From positions 7,998,001 through 8,062,000 of the forward strand of contig CM102285.1 of assembly GCA_046563655.1 (NCBI GenBank): 64,000 nt of DNA, read 5' to 3'. Below are positions 14,601-25,492 of this stretch, in pieces; the stretch's first letter is position 1; each line of letters begins with the position of its first letter. The notes under the pieces were generated by a model. That model saw only the letters and a list, made by a program, of their open reading frames with translations, did no database searches and was not told the origin of the DNA. This DNA is from Yuukianura sp. NJ FZ-2021. Taxonomy: Eukaryota. Both the position numbers and the translations under genes were made by a program.

Positions 14601-17600
14601 GATCGGTGGTGTTGGATGATTGGAGGGATGGAATGTTGCTGGATGTTGAGAGTACTGGAGGTATCGATCCATGCCTTCTGGTCGTGTAGTGTAACTTGCG
14701 CACAACGCCAACCAAGCTTTCTTCTACTCACTACACTTTTGCCTGCATGAGGCCTCATCCACTACACCATGGAATCGTCATAAGTATCGGAAGGGCCTTT
14801 CCCTTCTAGTGACGTTTCAAATACTACTACGCTCTCTTACTATTACTCGCCATCTCCTCCTAGGAAATGTGTTCTTTTGGTATCAATGGTGATTTTAAGT
14901 AAATTAAAAACCGAAACACTTAACTGTTCATTGGTGTCGAAGATCCAGAGTGTACTGGCTGTGTGGTAGGCGAGGAGTGTTGGTTTTGAGCGTTTCCGAA
15001 TTCAGAGGTTTAGCTGACTTTGTTTTTGCCGTTTCGTGAGAGAAGCAGTTTTTTGACGATGGGAAACTGGGCATTTATAGCACGAAATGTCGGATTTTTC
15101 GAGGTGAGGATATTTTATTCCAAATATTCGGTTTGTGTCAGCCAAGATTGGTATGATGTTTCGGTTTTACCGGAGTTTCGGTACTGTCGTTTAGTCGGTA
15201 CGTTCCGAATTTTGGATTCGGGGAGGACTCAACTGAAACGATTTTTTTAACTATACTTTTTAACTTATGAAGTATTGTTGTGTTCTGCCGTACATTACGG
15301 TATAATGCACTTTGGCCGCTGCGACTAACGTTGAGTTTTTAGTATTAAGTTCTGCGTGCAGAGCAACCAGCAACCGCGACGCTTTTTGCGAGAAATGGAA
15401 ACAGTTTGTATTTTTTGAAGTAACATAGAAGTTGACTTAACTGTGTTTGATTTTGTTTTTGCAGAACAATCAGTTCGAATGGTGGTTATGGAGCAGATTC
15501 CGGAGATTGGACTATTTTGTCACCAAGTGGGAGAGCCCTTGAAGTATGTCATAGAAGAAGAGATCATTCCCCACATAATCAGTCTCCTGGCAGATAATTT
15601 CACACAGGTTCGTGTCAACATGAGTTTTTAACCGCGTGTTTTCATTGTTAAAGATTGAATGGGTTGGTGAAACGAAGTACCTACTTGAATGGTTCAATGG
15701 ATTTGTTTTTGTTTACAAGATAAGAGGAGAGGTGGATTATTTTTGTGAATGGGAAGTTATAAGTGATTGGTCAATTGAATTGATGAGTAAGAGTTGTTTC
15801 ATTATAAATTTATACTTACTACCAGAGTAGTGGTTGAGACGCGTGTAATTTTATATGAGTTTTCTTTCCATTTCTTTTGTAATATTCATTCATTTCCTCT
15901 TTAAAAAGAAAGTTTGCCTGTGAGACTCCCTTTGTCAATGGGAATGAGTTGCGTGTGGACATTCTAGTAGGCACCAAACAGGCGTTTCACTAAATACTTG
16001 TGGTTGAATTGAAGTTTAACTAATTTTTGTTGATTGTTTTGCTTTGTAGGTGAGAAAAGTTGCACAGACGGCCGTTGTGACGTTGGTTGAGCGTGGAGTG
16101 ATGAGCAAGACTGTCGTGGAGGAGCAAGTCTTTCCAGTCATCTTGAAGCTTTCTGATCTCCAGACGTGGGATGACCATCGACCGGAAATCGAAGTAATAA
16201 CTGTAAGGAGCGCGTTAATTCTTTCGTTAATTGTTATTTCGAAGTAGTTATGTGATATTTCCTACTCCGAATTACTTTGGAAATGTGGAATGAATGAGTA
16301 CGAAGCGATTTTAGTTATGAAGATGAGGAATGGTGCTGTTGAAATCACGTAGATGCTGAGGCCAAGGCGAGATGAAGAGAGATGGTTTGTTGAAATTAGA
16401 ATTCTGTTGGGGTTATGAAGTAAGACGTGTGGAATCCTTTGTGATTGTTGGTGGTTTGCGGGGAAGGCGGCTGTTTGCATAATTTTTGAAGATGAGAAGA
16501 GAAAGTCATGAGAGAGAAAGTTTTGGCGGTGTTATGTAATCCCCTCTTAGGTTATCCTTGATGGTGAGAAAATGGCGGGATAGGTTGTAATGATGGGGCT
16601 GCAGAGAGGAGAGAAGGGTAGGGATATGTATTGGCTGGACGTGGTGGGCTTACTAAAATTCTAATTTTGAAAAGAATGCTCTTTTTTCGTGTACTAGCAG
16701 GCACAGAATGACGGGCGGGTTGGGAATTAGTTGGTGGGATTGGATTCGGGCGGGCGCTGGATTCGATCTCTGAGCAGCAAAAACGAAGTATAGAAATGTT
16801 GGATTTGATTTTTCGGACTGTTTCTGCCGAATTGCTTGGGGTTTTGGTGATTTCATTTTTAGTTTAGGTTTTCATGAGTGAGTAGTATGAAATCGGACTT
16901 ACTAGATAGGTCAATTCATGTGTCAATGTTGAAGATACTGGATCAGGTTGGACCATGACATTTAGTTTTAGGCGGGATGCTTTGACTGTATGATTCTATT
17001 ATTGTACAAAAGGTTTTGTTGGTAATTGAAGCTTCCCTTGAATTCCTTGGTACAAAATGGGCCCTACACGGTTTGAGACTGAAATTTTGTGAGGCTATGT
17101 ATAGCAGATGAAATGCAACGGCGCAGACTTTCCTTCTAGGAATCCTGTAGGCATTTGTGCATCATGAAAGCAGGAGTGCAGTTAACTTGGCGGGGTGCAT
17201 TTTGTGGAGGGTGAACCTCAAAGTGCAGTGTGCAACGCTTTTTTTGAAGGGCTTGACGCCAAGTTGGGGTTCCGTTTGAGTTGCGTTGAGGCTCCCTCTA
17301 CGTCTGCAGTGGGAAATGGGAGTAAAGCGAGGTTGTTGTGTGGGGCAAGGGCCATTGTCATGGATACAAAAATGGATTTCGGTTGGCGGAGGAGTAGGGC
17401 CATACATTGCATCCTTGAATTTTTTGGATTCTGTCGGAGGAGGGGAGAAGAAGCGTTTCCCCCAAACCCTGGGCCAAACGACTCAAAAACTTTGGAAAAT
17501 GGAGGCTACACCAAGCGCCAGGTTTTTTGTAGGGAGTTAGATGTTGAAAAATGCATTTCCGTCGTGTCTTTGTTATTCTGTAACTTTATGTACTTTAATT

Positions 17601-20600
17601 AGTTTAGTATGTCTTAATTTAACTGTCGATTAGTGATATTTGATACTTATGCTATGTAGTGTAGTTTAGAGTAAGAATGTAAAAATTATAGAAGTAATCT
17701 GTAATTTAAAGTCTAGTAAGAACTGAAGTGTTGATAAATTTGTAAACTCCGAAAAATGAAGTGAAAATTTGAGTAGATCTGGAGAAATTTGGAGACAGCG
17801 AGAATTGAGAGGTGAAAGACATGGGTAGTGAGATGTGATTTGTTTGAGTCATCTCACTATCTTGTCTTTCAGGCTCTCGTCTTGCCCAATCGTTTCTGTC
17901 AAATGCAATACAAGACAATCAAAGGAGTAAGATCACAATATAATCTGGCATTAAAAAGAAACTTTCCGCTGGAGGGAACACTTCTATCAATGAAACTAAA
18001 GTGACTTACTATGAAGAAATATGGAATCAACATGGAAATGGAATGACTGGATTAAGTCTAAGTGGATAGTGGATGAATGGATCGGATTTCAACGACTGAA
18101 ATGCAGACTACAACCACTAGGAACCAGATATAACAATAACGGATCTTAAAGCTTTTCTTGAAAGGATGACCTTGAAAGGAATGTGAAAGTAGAACGGGTG
18201 AAGTGAAGCTGGAAGTGCCAAGCCTCGGAGGTGATAGACCGACTAACCTTGATCTTGAGGCTCTCAAAGTGGCTGTGGAATGGTTATTTTGACTCTCATA
18301 TCACAGCCACCTTTGATGAGCTTAAATTTTCAAGGAAACTCTGCCGGAAACACAATGGAAATGGGAGTTCAAGATTTCGAAGAAGTTTTGAAATGGAAGA
18401 TTACACTTTGTGGAACGGCGGAAGAGCGGGTAACAACGGGGGAATTGTGAAAAGTTGGAGATTCTGCTCTGGGTCGATCGTACCGCGTCAAATTGTCTGT
18501 GGTGTGTCGCTCATTTTTTTCATATCACAGCCATATTTGACGAGTTTCGATCGTACTGTACTACAACGAGTGTATTGTTGTGAATTTAGTGTAATGTGAG
18601 ATAATTTTAAAATTTGAACTGTTTAAGTTATGTTTATATTGTTGAAAATTTGTGTTACGGTATACGTTTCTTGTCGGCGTCACTCTCAAAATGGTTGTGA
18701 GTATGCGTTGACCTTTGTTTTGCCATATCACAGCCAGCTTTGATGAGCGATGACGCAAGCACTTTCGTCTCAAAATGTCCGAGCTTCGCACGAGAAAAGC
18801 AAAAAAAGGAGAAAAGTTGTTCACTTTTGAGTTTTTGCGTGGGAAAGAGTTTAAAAGTTAAAGTTAGTACTGAAGTGTTAGTACTGAGATTGCCAATGAG
18901 AACTGAAACTGAGAATGGTAGGAACATGGCCGCCTCCACGAGTATAAATAGCTGAAGAGATGAGCTCTCACAACTCGAGCATCACATCACCTTTAAACGC
19001 CTACTTCTCCTCCTTAACTTCAATTCTGAATAATTTTGATAAAATCTGATGTCACAAAGTTCACTCGTGTACTTTCCTGTGACAATCGCTTATTTCTGAG
19101 TCTTAAAAAGGTTTATCCTTTAAAACAAGAGTTAGGATGATGACGTAATTCCCATTATAGCTCAAATGCTAATTTAGAATTGCTAAATAGCGTTAAAATT
19201 TTGACGTTAATGATAAAGTGTGAATGATATAGGTCAATGTTCTGTTTGTTTGGGTGAATGGTGCGTTTTTAGAATGTGTGGACTTTTGTAAATTGTGTGT
19301 AACATTGCGATGTGATGGTCGTTCGCAAGCTGAATGCATAACGCAAGTTGCATGGTGGAACCCGTCGAGTTGGTTGTGATGTGGTTTTGATTTGAAAGTG
19401 GTCATATCACAGCCAGCTTTGATGAGCTCTCTGTGTCAACGACTCTGCTGGTTGTGTTGCCTTGGCTTGGGCTGGGTCATCGCACGGGTACTTGAGGGTA
19501 CTGGGAATTTCACGGGGTGTCAAGTAGTGTCTTTGTCTTGTCAGTAGAGTCGGAATGAAAGTTATTCGTTGGGAAGTGGAAGTATTGATTGGTGTGACGT
19601 TTTTCCGTTCGGCTGTTAACCTAATCTCGTCATGTGTCTTCCTCACTGTCATTCCGAAAGTTACTTTCACCGCTTTTTTTTTAAATAAATTATAAGATGA
19701 AAAGTTGGAAGCCAGTCTGGTTCTGGGGTTGTGATTTAGACGTTATGAATGTGTTACTTTATTGTTGTGAATTGACGTTACCGGAGTAATGAATGCCACA
19801 TCAGCACCAAGATCGTCATGTACTTATGTTATGTTGTGTTATGTTTATGGACTTGCGTTTATTGACCTGGGTATACACCAAAGAATAGCCATAAGAGGTA
19901 GAAAGGCCAAAGGGTGGAGAAAAGTGTTTATGAATACTTTCTCTTCCCCTCAGCTCCCCCCCTTCTCCGATGATTACTCGGCCTCACGAGTTTCGCCGAA
20001 GCCGTGAGATTTGGATGAGTGGGGTTTTCAGTGGGGTGACCGCTGGTATAGCTTAGGTGTAATGTTGATTTCTCTTCCCGCCATCACCGGATATATGCTG
20101 ATATACGGCCTCAGACTCGTACGATTTGATTGGCGGTTGGATTCAGACTCATAGAGCCTGATTGGTTCCATATCTAAACCTATTCATAAAAACTCTATGA
20201 CGTGGGGGTGCATTAGTTTGGCCTTTCTACCTCTTATGGCTATTCTTTGGGTATACACGAACGAAAGTGTGGAAGTGGAATGGATGAAAGCCAAACATGT
20301 GCTTAGTAGCGTAACGTGTCCAGTACAGTACTTGGTTCATATGGTGGATGTGCTGTGCGGAGCTCTAGAGTGTGTAAAGAGCATCTCTCCTGTTTTGCAA
20401 CACTTTGAAGAGTGTTTATGGATTAACTAGTACTGTCAGATTCCGGAACGATTCAATGATTGTTTTACGTGGATGCTGGGATAAAAATGGCGGGGGTTGG
20501 AATTGGCGATATTATTGCAAGTGTGCTGGAAGTGATGATGTAAAAGAATTGTTTTTCTTTTTCAGTTCATGTGCAAAATGGCGCCAATGGTGGGGAAGTC

Positions 20601-23600
20601 AGCCATCGTGAATTTCTATTTGAGCTCATTTTGCTTCAGCTGTGAAGACTCGGGGTTTCAAGTTCGACGAGTCTGCGCAATGGGTATGGCAGAAATGGCA
20701 CCACTGGTGGGTACTGTCCTCACAGAGAAAGCATTGGTAACTGACAAAATATCTTAACCCACGTTGTTCACATAGCGAAATGAGTATATTCATGTTGGAC
20801 TGGACATTCTTGTCCAAGATTTTCATGAACAGAAAAAATTAGATAGTCTTTTGTTTATGATTTTGTTGTTTTTTTTTCTTTAGCTCCCACGCTTCCTAAC
20901 ACTGTGTGAAGACGAAATCTGGGGAGTACGAAAATCATGTGCCGAAGTGTTTACAACCGTAGCAAAAGTGTGCAGTTACAATGTCCGCAAAAAGTGCCTG
21001 GCACAAGCATTCATAAATCTGCTGGAGGATCATTCTCGATGGGTTCGACTGACTGCGTTCCAAACCCTGGGTCAACTGATTGCAATTTTCGCTCAAGATG
21101 AGAAGGACGATGTTCCTCTAGAAGCTGATGAACTTGAACAACATTTTCTGAACGAGTAAGAACACAGAAGCTCAAGTACAGTCGTGTATTCACTGTAAAA
21201 CATTTAGACCTTTGAAGTAATTTTGTTCCTTGTCTTTCAGGGTGAAAAAGTGCACTAAGATAATAATGGAGAAACGGAATCAAGAGCTAGTTGAAGCCAA
21301 CACCAGGAAAGCAGCGGCAGAAAAAGCGGAGAAAGAAAGCGCATCTCGAGTAAATGGAAACGAAGTGAAGTTCGCTGGAAGCAATAGGTCGCCTACAAGT
21401 GAAGAGCCGTGTCCGGAACGTGCTCCGGATCCCTTTGACGACGACGATGAAGACGACAACTACGACTGGCCGGCGGGGCGTCCTCAAGGGGAAAAGCAGT
21501 ACTCTTGGCTTCTGGATCGTTCTTTTGCCCCTGCACCGGATCGAGACTGGGGCGGAGAAGAGGATTGGGGCGATATTCCAATGGACTGCAGCGATGCGGC
21601 TGATCCTATTAATCAAACCGCCGAGAAAAGTGGAGTGGCCGAGGACGATGACTGGTTTGGAGATGGGGTGACTGCGACTATTATACCAGAAGAGCTGCCT
21701 TTGGATGCTCAAGATGAAGATGGGATAGTATCGCGAGATACGGAAAACAACGTTTCGGTAGACCAAAAGGGAGACAAGGCAAATGGACACGAGCTGTCTG
21801 TTGAACCTCCTTTCGTGCCAACTTCCTCGGAAGACAGGAAGGATACCAGTGACGAGTCTCAATTGGAGTCTTTGCCTTCAAAAATATCCGTGTCAAGAAA
21901 AGAAACGAGTGATCGAATTCATATACATGTTGGGGCAATACCATGTACGAGTCCCCTGTCACCTACACCGTCCGATACTAGTAGCGGAGTCAGCTCACTT
22001 TCAAGTAACAGTGTGGAACCCTCTTCTCACAATACTTTCAACACGTTTCAATTCTGGCGACTTCCGATTCCCGATTTGGAGCTGGACATTGACATGAAGA
22101 ATGGGAAGGCAACGAATGTTCACGTGAGAGCGAAAGTTCAGGACCCCTCCAACCGACTGACATATTCATCGCAACTTAACGTTAGCATTCGGATGGATAC
22201 CGGTGACCAATCAGAGGCAAATGTGAAACAGGATTCAGAACGATCTCAAGATACTGAAACTATCACAGATAAAACTAATGGTCAAATCCCGCCACTTTCG
22301 GTGGATTGGGATGATGAAGAATGGCAGACGGAGGACTGGAGCTCTTTCCAAAGTAGAACATCGCAAAAACCGAACGCTGCCAATGCTGTAGGTGAAACAA
22401 CGACAGAAGTGAATGGGCATAAGGAAAATTCTGATGATGTTTGGGACGCGGGAGAAAATACTGCGGAAGTTAGAAACGCTTCCGAGAATTCAGTGGGAGT
22501 CTCACAAGGTAACTTATTGTTTTTGAATTTGTGTTTACTCAAACTGATTTAAAGTTTAAAATTGTGTAAATGGTTAAATTGATTGCTCGTAGATGTTCAT
22601 CGAAGTTACTACAACCTGTACAGCGTTTCTAGCACTCCAAACAACGGGGAAAAGAGCACTGTCATTGAAGTGAAGTATCAGAAGAAAATCCAGCCGAACG
22701 AGAAGCCCTATTTCGATGAAGACTACTACAGCGATCGCTTTGGCTCCGAAGCTAATCAGACTGAAAATCTACCTTATATTGTCAGAGGTGAGAAGTGTTG
22801 CATAATGGTTTACAAAAGTAAGTGTGACTGAATGAGTTTATTAAAAGTTTACAAATGTTTATTTTTTGGTTGTGGAGCAGCTCATGGCCCTAGTGGGGAC
22901 CAAGGTCGTCTTTTGCCCACCCTACAAGCGGTATCAACAGTGCAGGACCAAGATGTCGTACCACCGGCTTTACTGAAGCATTACCTGAGTATGGCGGAGA
23001 CACGCAGTGAGGATTCACCAATGGAGAATGAGATGCCAGTATACTGCGCTTACACTTTTCCAGCCGTTGTCACCACACTTGGAGGCGAGAATTGGGGCAT
23101 TCTGAGAGAATGTTTTGAAAAATTGGCTACGATGTTTCAGGTATTACCAAAAAAGTGCTGGGACTCACACACTCATTTTAATTCAGTGAACTCTTTGTAC
23201 AGTAACTCATGATTTATGTAAATTACTTACTGAATAGTGGAAGATTCGTTACACTCTCGGAGCTTGCTTACATGAGATTGCTAGAGTGATTGGACCGGAA
23301 CTGACAGAAAGAGATCTCTTACCCTTCTACGACGCGATTACCAGGGACATCGACGAAGTGCGAAGCGGAATCCTGAACCACATTGCTAAATTTACTCGTG
23401 TAAGGGTGGTTACACTTTTGAACTGGCTATTTTTTTTTTTACTAAATACTGAGGTCGAAATGCTTTATTTTGTTTTGATTTTACTTAGATTCTGAGGGGA
23501 GAAGCACGATATTGTATACTGGATACATTGAACAGTTTCTTGCGGACGGATAATAAGAACAACTGGCGCTTCCGATTTGAGCTTACCCAACAAATTGAAG

Positions 23601-24502
23601 AGCTGACTGCGATGTACGACGCTGAAGATGTTTCTCGTCATTTATGCCCAATGGCACTCGAATTAGCGAATGATCCGATTTCAGATGTCCGGAGAGCAGC
23701 GATTCGCGTGGTAAGCTTTAATTACCAATCAATTTTTTTTAATTTGAAGAATTCATCAAACAATAAGTATTTTATATTGTTTCGGATAGCTAACAGAGCA
23801 AGTGAAGAAACTGAATGAGGTGAAGGATTGGGAGGAACGTCCTGGTGGCAATCTGCTTCGCGACTTTGTATTGAAACTAGTCGAACAGTTTGGACACAGG
23901 TAATGTTGACGATTCCAACATTTCCATGTGTGTTTCTTGTTTTTCTACTAGTTCTTTTTTTCATTATGACTTGTAGCGTAAAGTGGGTCCAACGACAGAG
24001 CTTTGCAATATTGTCTGGTAAGTTTGTACCTTGTACAATGTTTACGTAACGGGTATACTTAATGATAAGTGTATTAAATTCGGGATATTCCAGGTCAACT
24101 GATTATGTTCAATGCCCTTGAACCGGCGCAATTTGCTCAAGACATTCTTCCTCATCTAATTAATCTCAGTACGGATAAAGTTCCCAACATTCGAATTGCC
24201 GTAGCTCAAGCGCTCTCACAACATATCATAAAATTGGGTAAGTTGCGATTGGAAGAAATAATTATGAGGTTACCATAATAGAAGGAAAGTATACGAATTG
24301 TGTGCTTGGATAATGTGCAGATTATTTCGCTGATCCTTCCAATCCGCACAATTCAATTATAATGGATACAATGGAAAAACTGCAAAACGACGCTGACGGA
24401 GATGTTCGATACTACAGTACAGTTCGATCTAATCCGAAAACACTACGTGAGACTGCTGCTGCTATCTTAAAGTCTATTCACCAAGATGCTTCCGCCCAGT
24501 AG
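2634..24502 (+). CDS. PPP4R1: Serine/threonine-protein phosphatase 4 regulatory subunit 1 (HEAT-repeat protein), multi-exon
   Basis: Exons in continuous frame: 2634-2722 (first coding exon, least certain), 7425-7531, 15465-15607, 16050-16202, 20566-20736, 20884-21155, 21241-22508, 22593-22787, 22881-23140, 23238-23399, 23489-23710, 23790-23899, 23977-24017, 24094-24237, 24321-24502 (TAG). Motifs MCKMAPMVGK, LPRFLTLCEDEIWGVRKSCAE, LLEDHSRWVRLTAFQTLG, FNTFQFWRLPIPDLELDI, CAYTFPAVVTTLG, WKIRYTLGACLHE, NWRFRFEL and DKVPNIR match PP4R1. Confidence 0.93.
7658..8248. mobile_element. Non-autonomous hAT-like DNA transposon in a PPP4R1 intron
   Basis: Termini CAGG...CCTG with a perfect 8-bp TSD GCGGTGAG (7650-7657 and 8249-8256). 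Internal GC hairpins CCCGCCTACGGCGGG (two copies) and GCGCCTTCGGCGC. Confidence 0.8.
9749..11053. mobile_element. 1.3-kb foldback/palindromic element with ~600-bp inverted arms
   Basis: GGGGCTTTAATAACGACACTATAG... pairs with ...CTATAGTGTCGTTATTAAAGCCCC, with ATAT on both sides (TA or ATAT TSD). The arms pair inward to about 10354/10478, leaving a spacer of about 120 bp. The outer arms contain short tandem subrepeats. Confidence 0.9.
12327..13196. mobile_element. Mutator/foldback-like non-autonomous element with TTGTTTCAAA minisatellite arms
   Basis: Inverted arms start GGTTCCATGCCATTGTTTCAAATG and end CATTTGAAACAATGGCATGCTCCC. 8-bp TSD CCTGTAAT (12319-12326 and 13197-13204). Confidence 0.85.
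17807..17878 (+). ncRNA. mir-71: microRNA mir-71 precursor
   Basis: The 5p arm at 17813-17834, TGAAAGACATGGGTAGTGAGAT, is mature miR-71. The 3p arm TCTCACTATCTTGTCTTTCA is complementary to it. Intronic and sense to PPP4R1. Confidence 0.96.
18256..18326 (+). ncRNA. mir-2: microRNA mir-2 family precursor
   Basis: 3p mature sequence 18299-18321 TATCACAGCCACCTTTGATGAGC (K-box seed ATCACAG), with 5p partner CTCTCAAAGTGGCTGTGGAATG. Confidence 0.95.
18476..18552 (+). ncRNA. mir-13: microRNA mir-13 (mir-2 family) precursor
   Basis: 3p mature sequence 18523-18545 TATCACAGCCATATTTGACGAGT (miR-13b-like), with 5p partner GCGTCAAATTGTCTGTGGTGTG and closing stem GATCG/CGATC. Confidence 0.93.
18677..18756 (+). 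ncRNA. mir-2: microRNA mir-2 precursor
   Basis: 3p mature sequence 18726-18748 TATCACAGCCAGCTTTGATGAGC (canonical miR-2a), with 5p partner CTCTCAAAATGGTTGTGAG and closing stem GCGTCA/TGACGC. Confidence 0.95.
19347..19440 (+). ncRNA. mir-2: microRNA mir-2 precursor
   Basis: 3p mature sequence 19405-19427 TATCACAGCCAGCTTTGATGAGC, with 5p partner CCCGTCGAGTTGGTTGTGATGTG. Confidence 0.94.
19876..20251. mobile_element. MITE with ~35-bp TIRs and TA target duplication (Tc1/mariner-type)
   Basis: CCAAAGAATAGCCATAAGAGGTAGAAAGGCCAAA pairs with TTTGGCCTTTCTACCTCTTATGGCTATTCTTTGG, with TA on both sides. A partial second copy lies at 51657-51974. Confidence 0.85.
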
Positions 24503-25377
24503 TGCCAACAATTCGTATAATATTCAATAAGTATTTATGTAAAATCAAATGGCACACTGTACAAATTTACGAAGGTCCATGTGTAAATTTCAGGAATACT
24601 CACACGCGGCCCTTAATTAAAATTGTTCATCCCAATTGTTCTAACTTAAAATGCAAGAATTATGGCTACCTACGTCAATGTTAATCTGTTGATGTCTTTC
24701 GAATTTGTTGAAAATGCTTGTTGAGGCTGAACACCTCTTGTGATAAATTAGATCCAGCACTTAGTTGATACAAAACGTTGTTGCGAAACTACGAACAAAT
24801 AGGGTTTAGTTTACTTCTTTATGTATTATGTCATTAGTTCGGGTGTTTTTTTTTACTATGATGTTGCGAAATTTTTCTACAAAAAATGCAGTTATATTTA
24901 AATAAAACGATTTCCGAATTGATTATAAACCGAACAGAAAATCGAAATGGGACTCTATTGTTTTTTAGCTAATGTTAATGTTTAGTTAGGCGAATGACGG
25001 GGAACGGGTGCATGTCGCGTGGAATTTACCACTAACATGTTTACTATAACTCATTAATTAGTTAATTGATCATAATTTTTCGAATTATATTGTTTAATTT
25101 ACCGGATTAAGTAGGTCAATTAACTTAATCGGTGGAAACCAGATTTTTTTTTACAACGTACACCGCGAGGCGGGAAGTCATTTCAAAAAAAGAGGAAAAG
25201 GAAATGTTCTCTTGAATGATGCTTGAAATTCAAAAGGTTTCAATTGGACTGAGTCAGTTCATTTCAGTTCGGTACAAATCAGCAAATCTCAAAGAAAAAC
25301 TGAAAATATAGTTTTTCTGTTTGGAAACAAAGACAGGCAAAGAATTCGTACTGGTCCTGGAACTTGGACGGAGGGTC

Positions 25378-25483
25378 ATGTTAAGGGTGTTGCGAAGAAG
25401 CCCTCGAAGAAACAGTAATGCGACGACGATATTGTAATAGGAACACTAACACACACGAACTCAAGCTGCTAGTACCAGATTAG
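25378..25483 (+). promoter_or_regulatory. Two overlapping upstream ORFs in the putative SMG1 5' leader
   Basis: ATG25378..TAA25437 (19 aa) and ATG25418..TAG25483 (21 aa). The second ends 9 nt before the SMG1 ATG. The transcription start is not known. Confidence 0.45.
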
Positions 25484-25492
25484 CCGTTACAA

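Noticed and set aside
13782..14715. Cluster of 70-110-aa ORFs in a PPP4R1 intron as a nested gene or viral relic
   Set aside because: No recognisable domain, no consistent splice structure, and composition like the surrounding G/T-skewed intron.
18299..19427. Recurrent CATATCACAGCCA...TTTGATGAGC motif as a dispersed repeat or regulatory array
   Set aside because: Fully explained as mature miR-2/miR-13 sequences.
21287..21862. 191-aa antisense ORF
   Set aside because: Shadow of the large PPP4R1 exon on the opposite strand.
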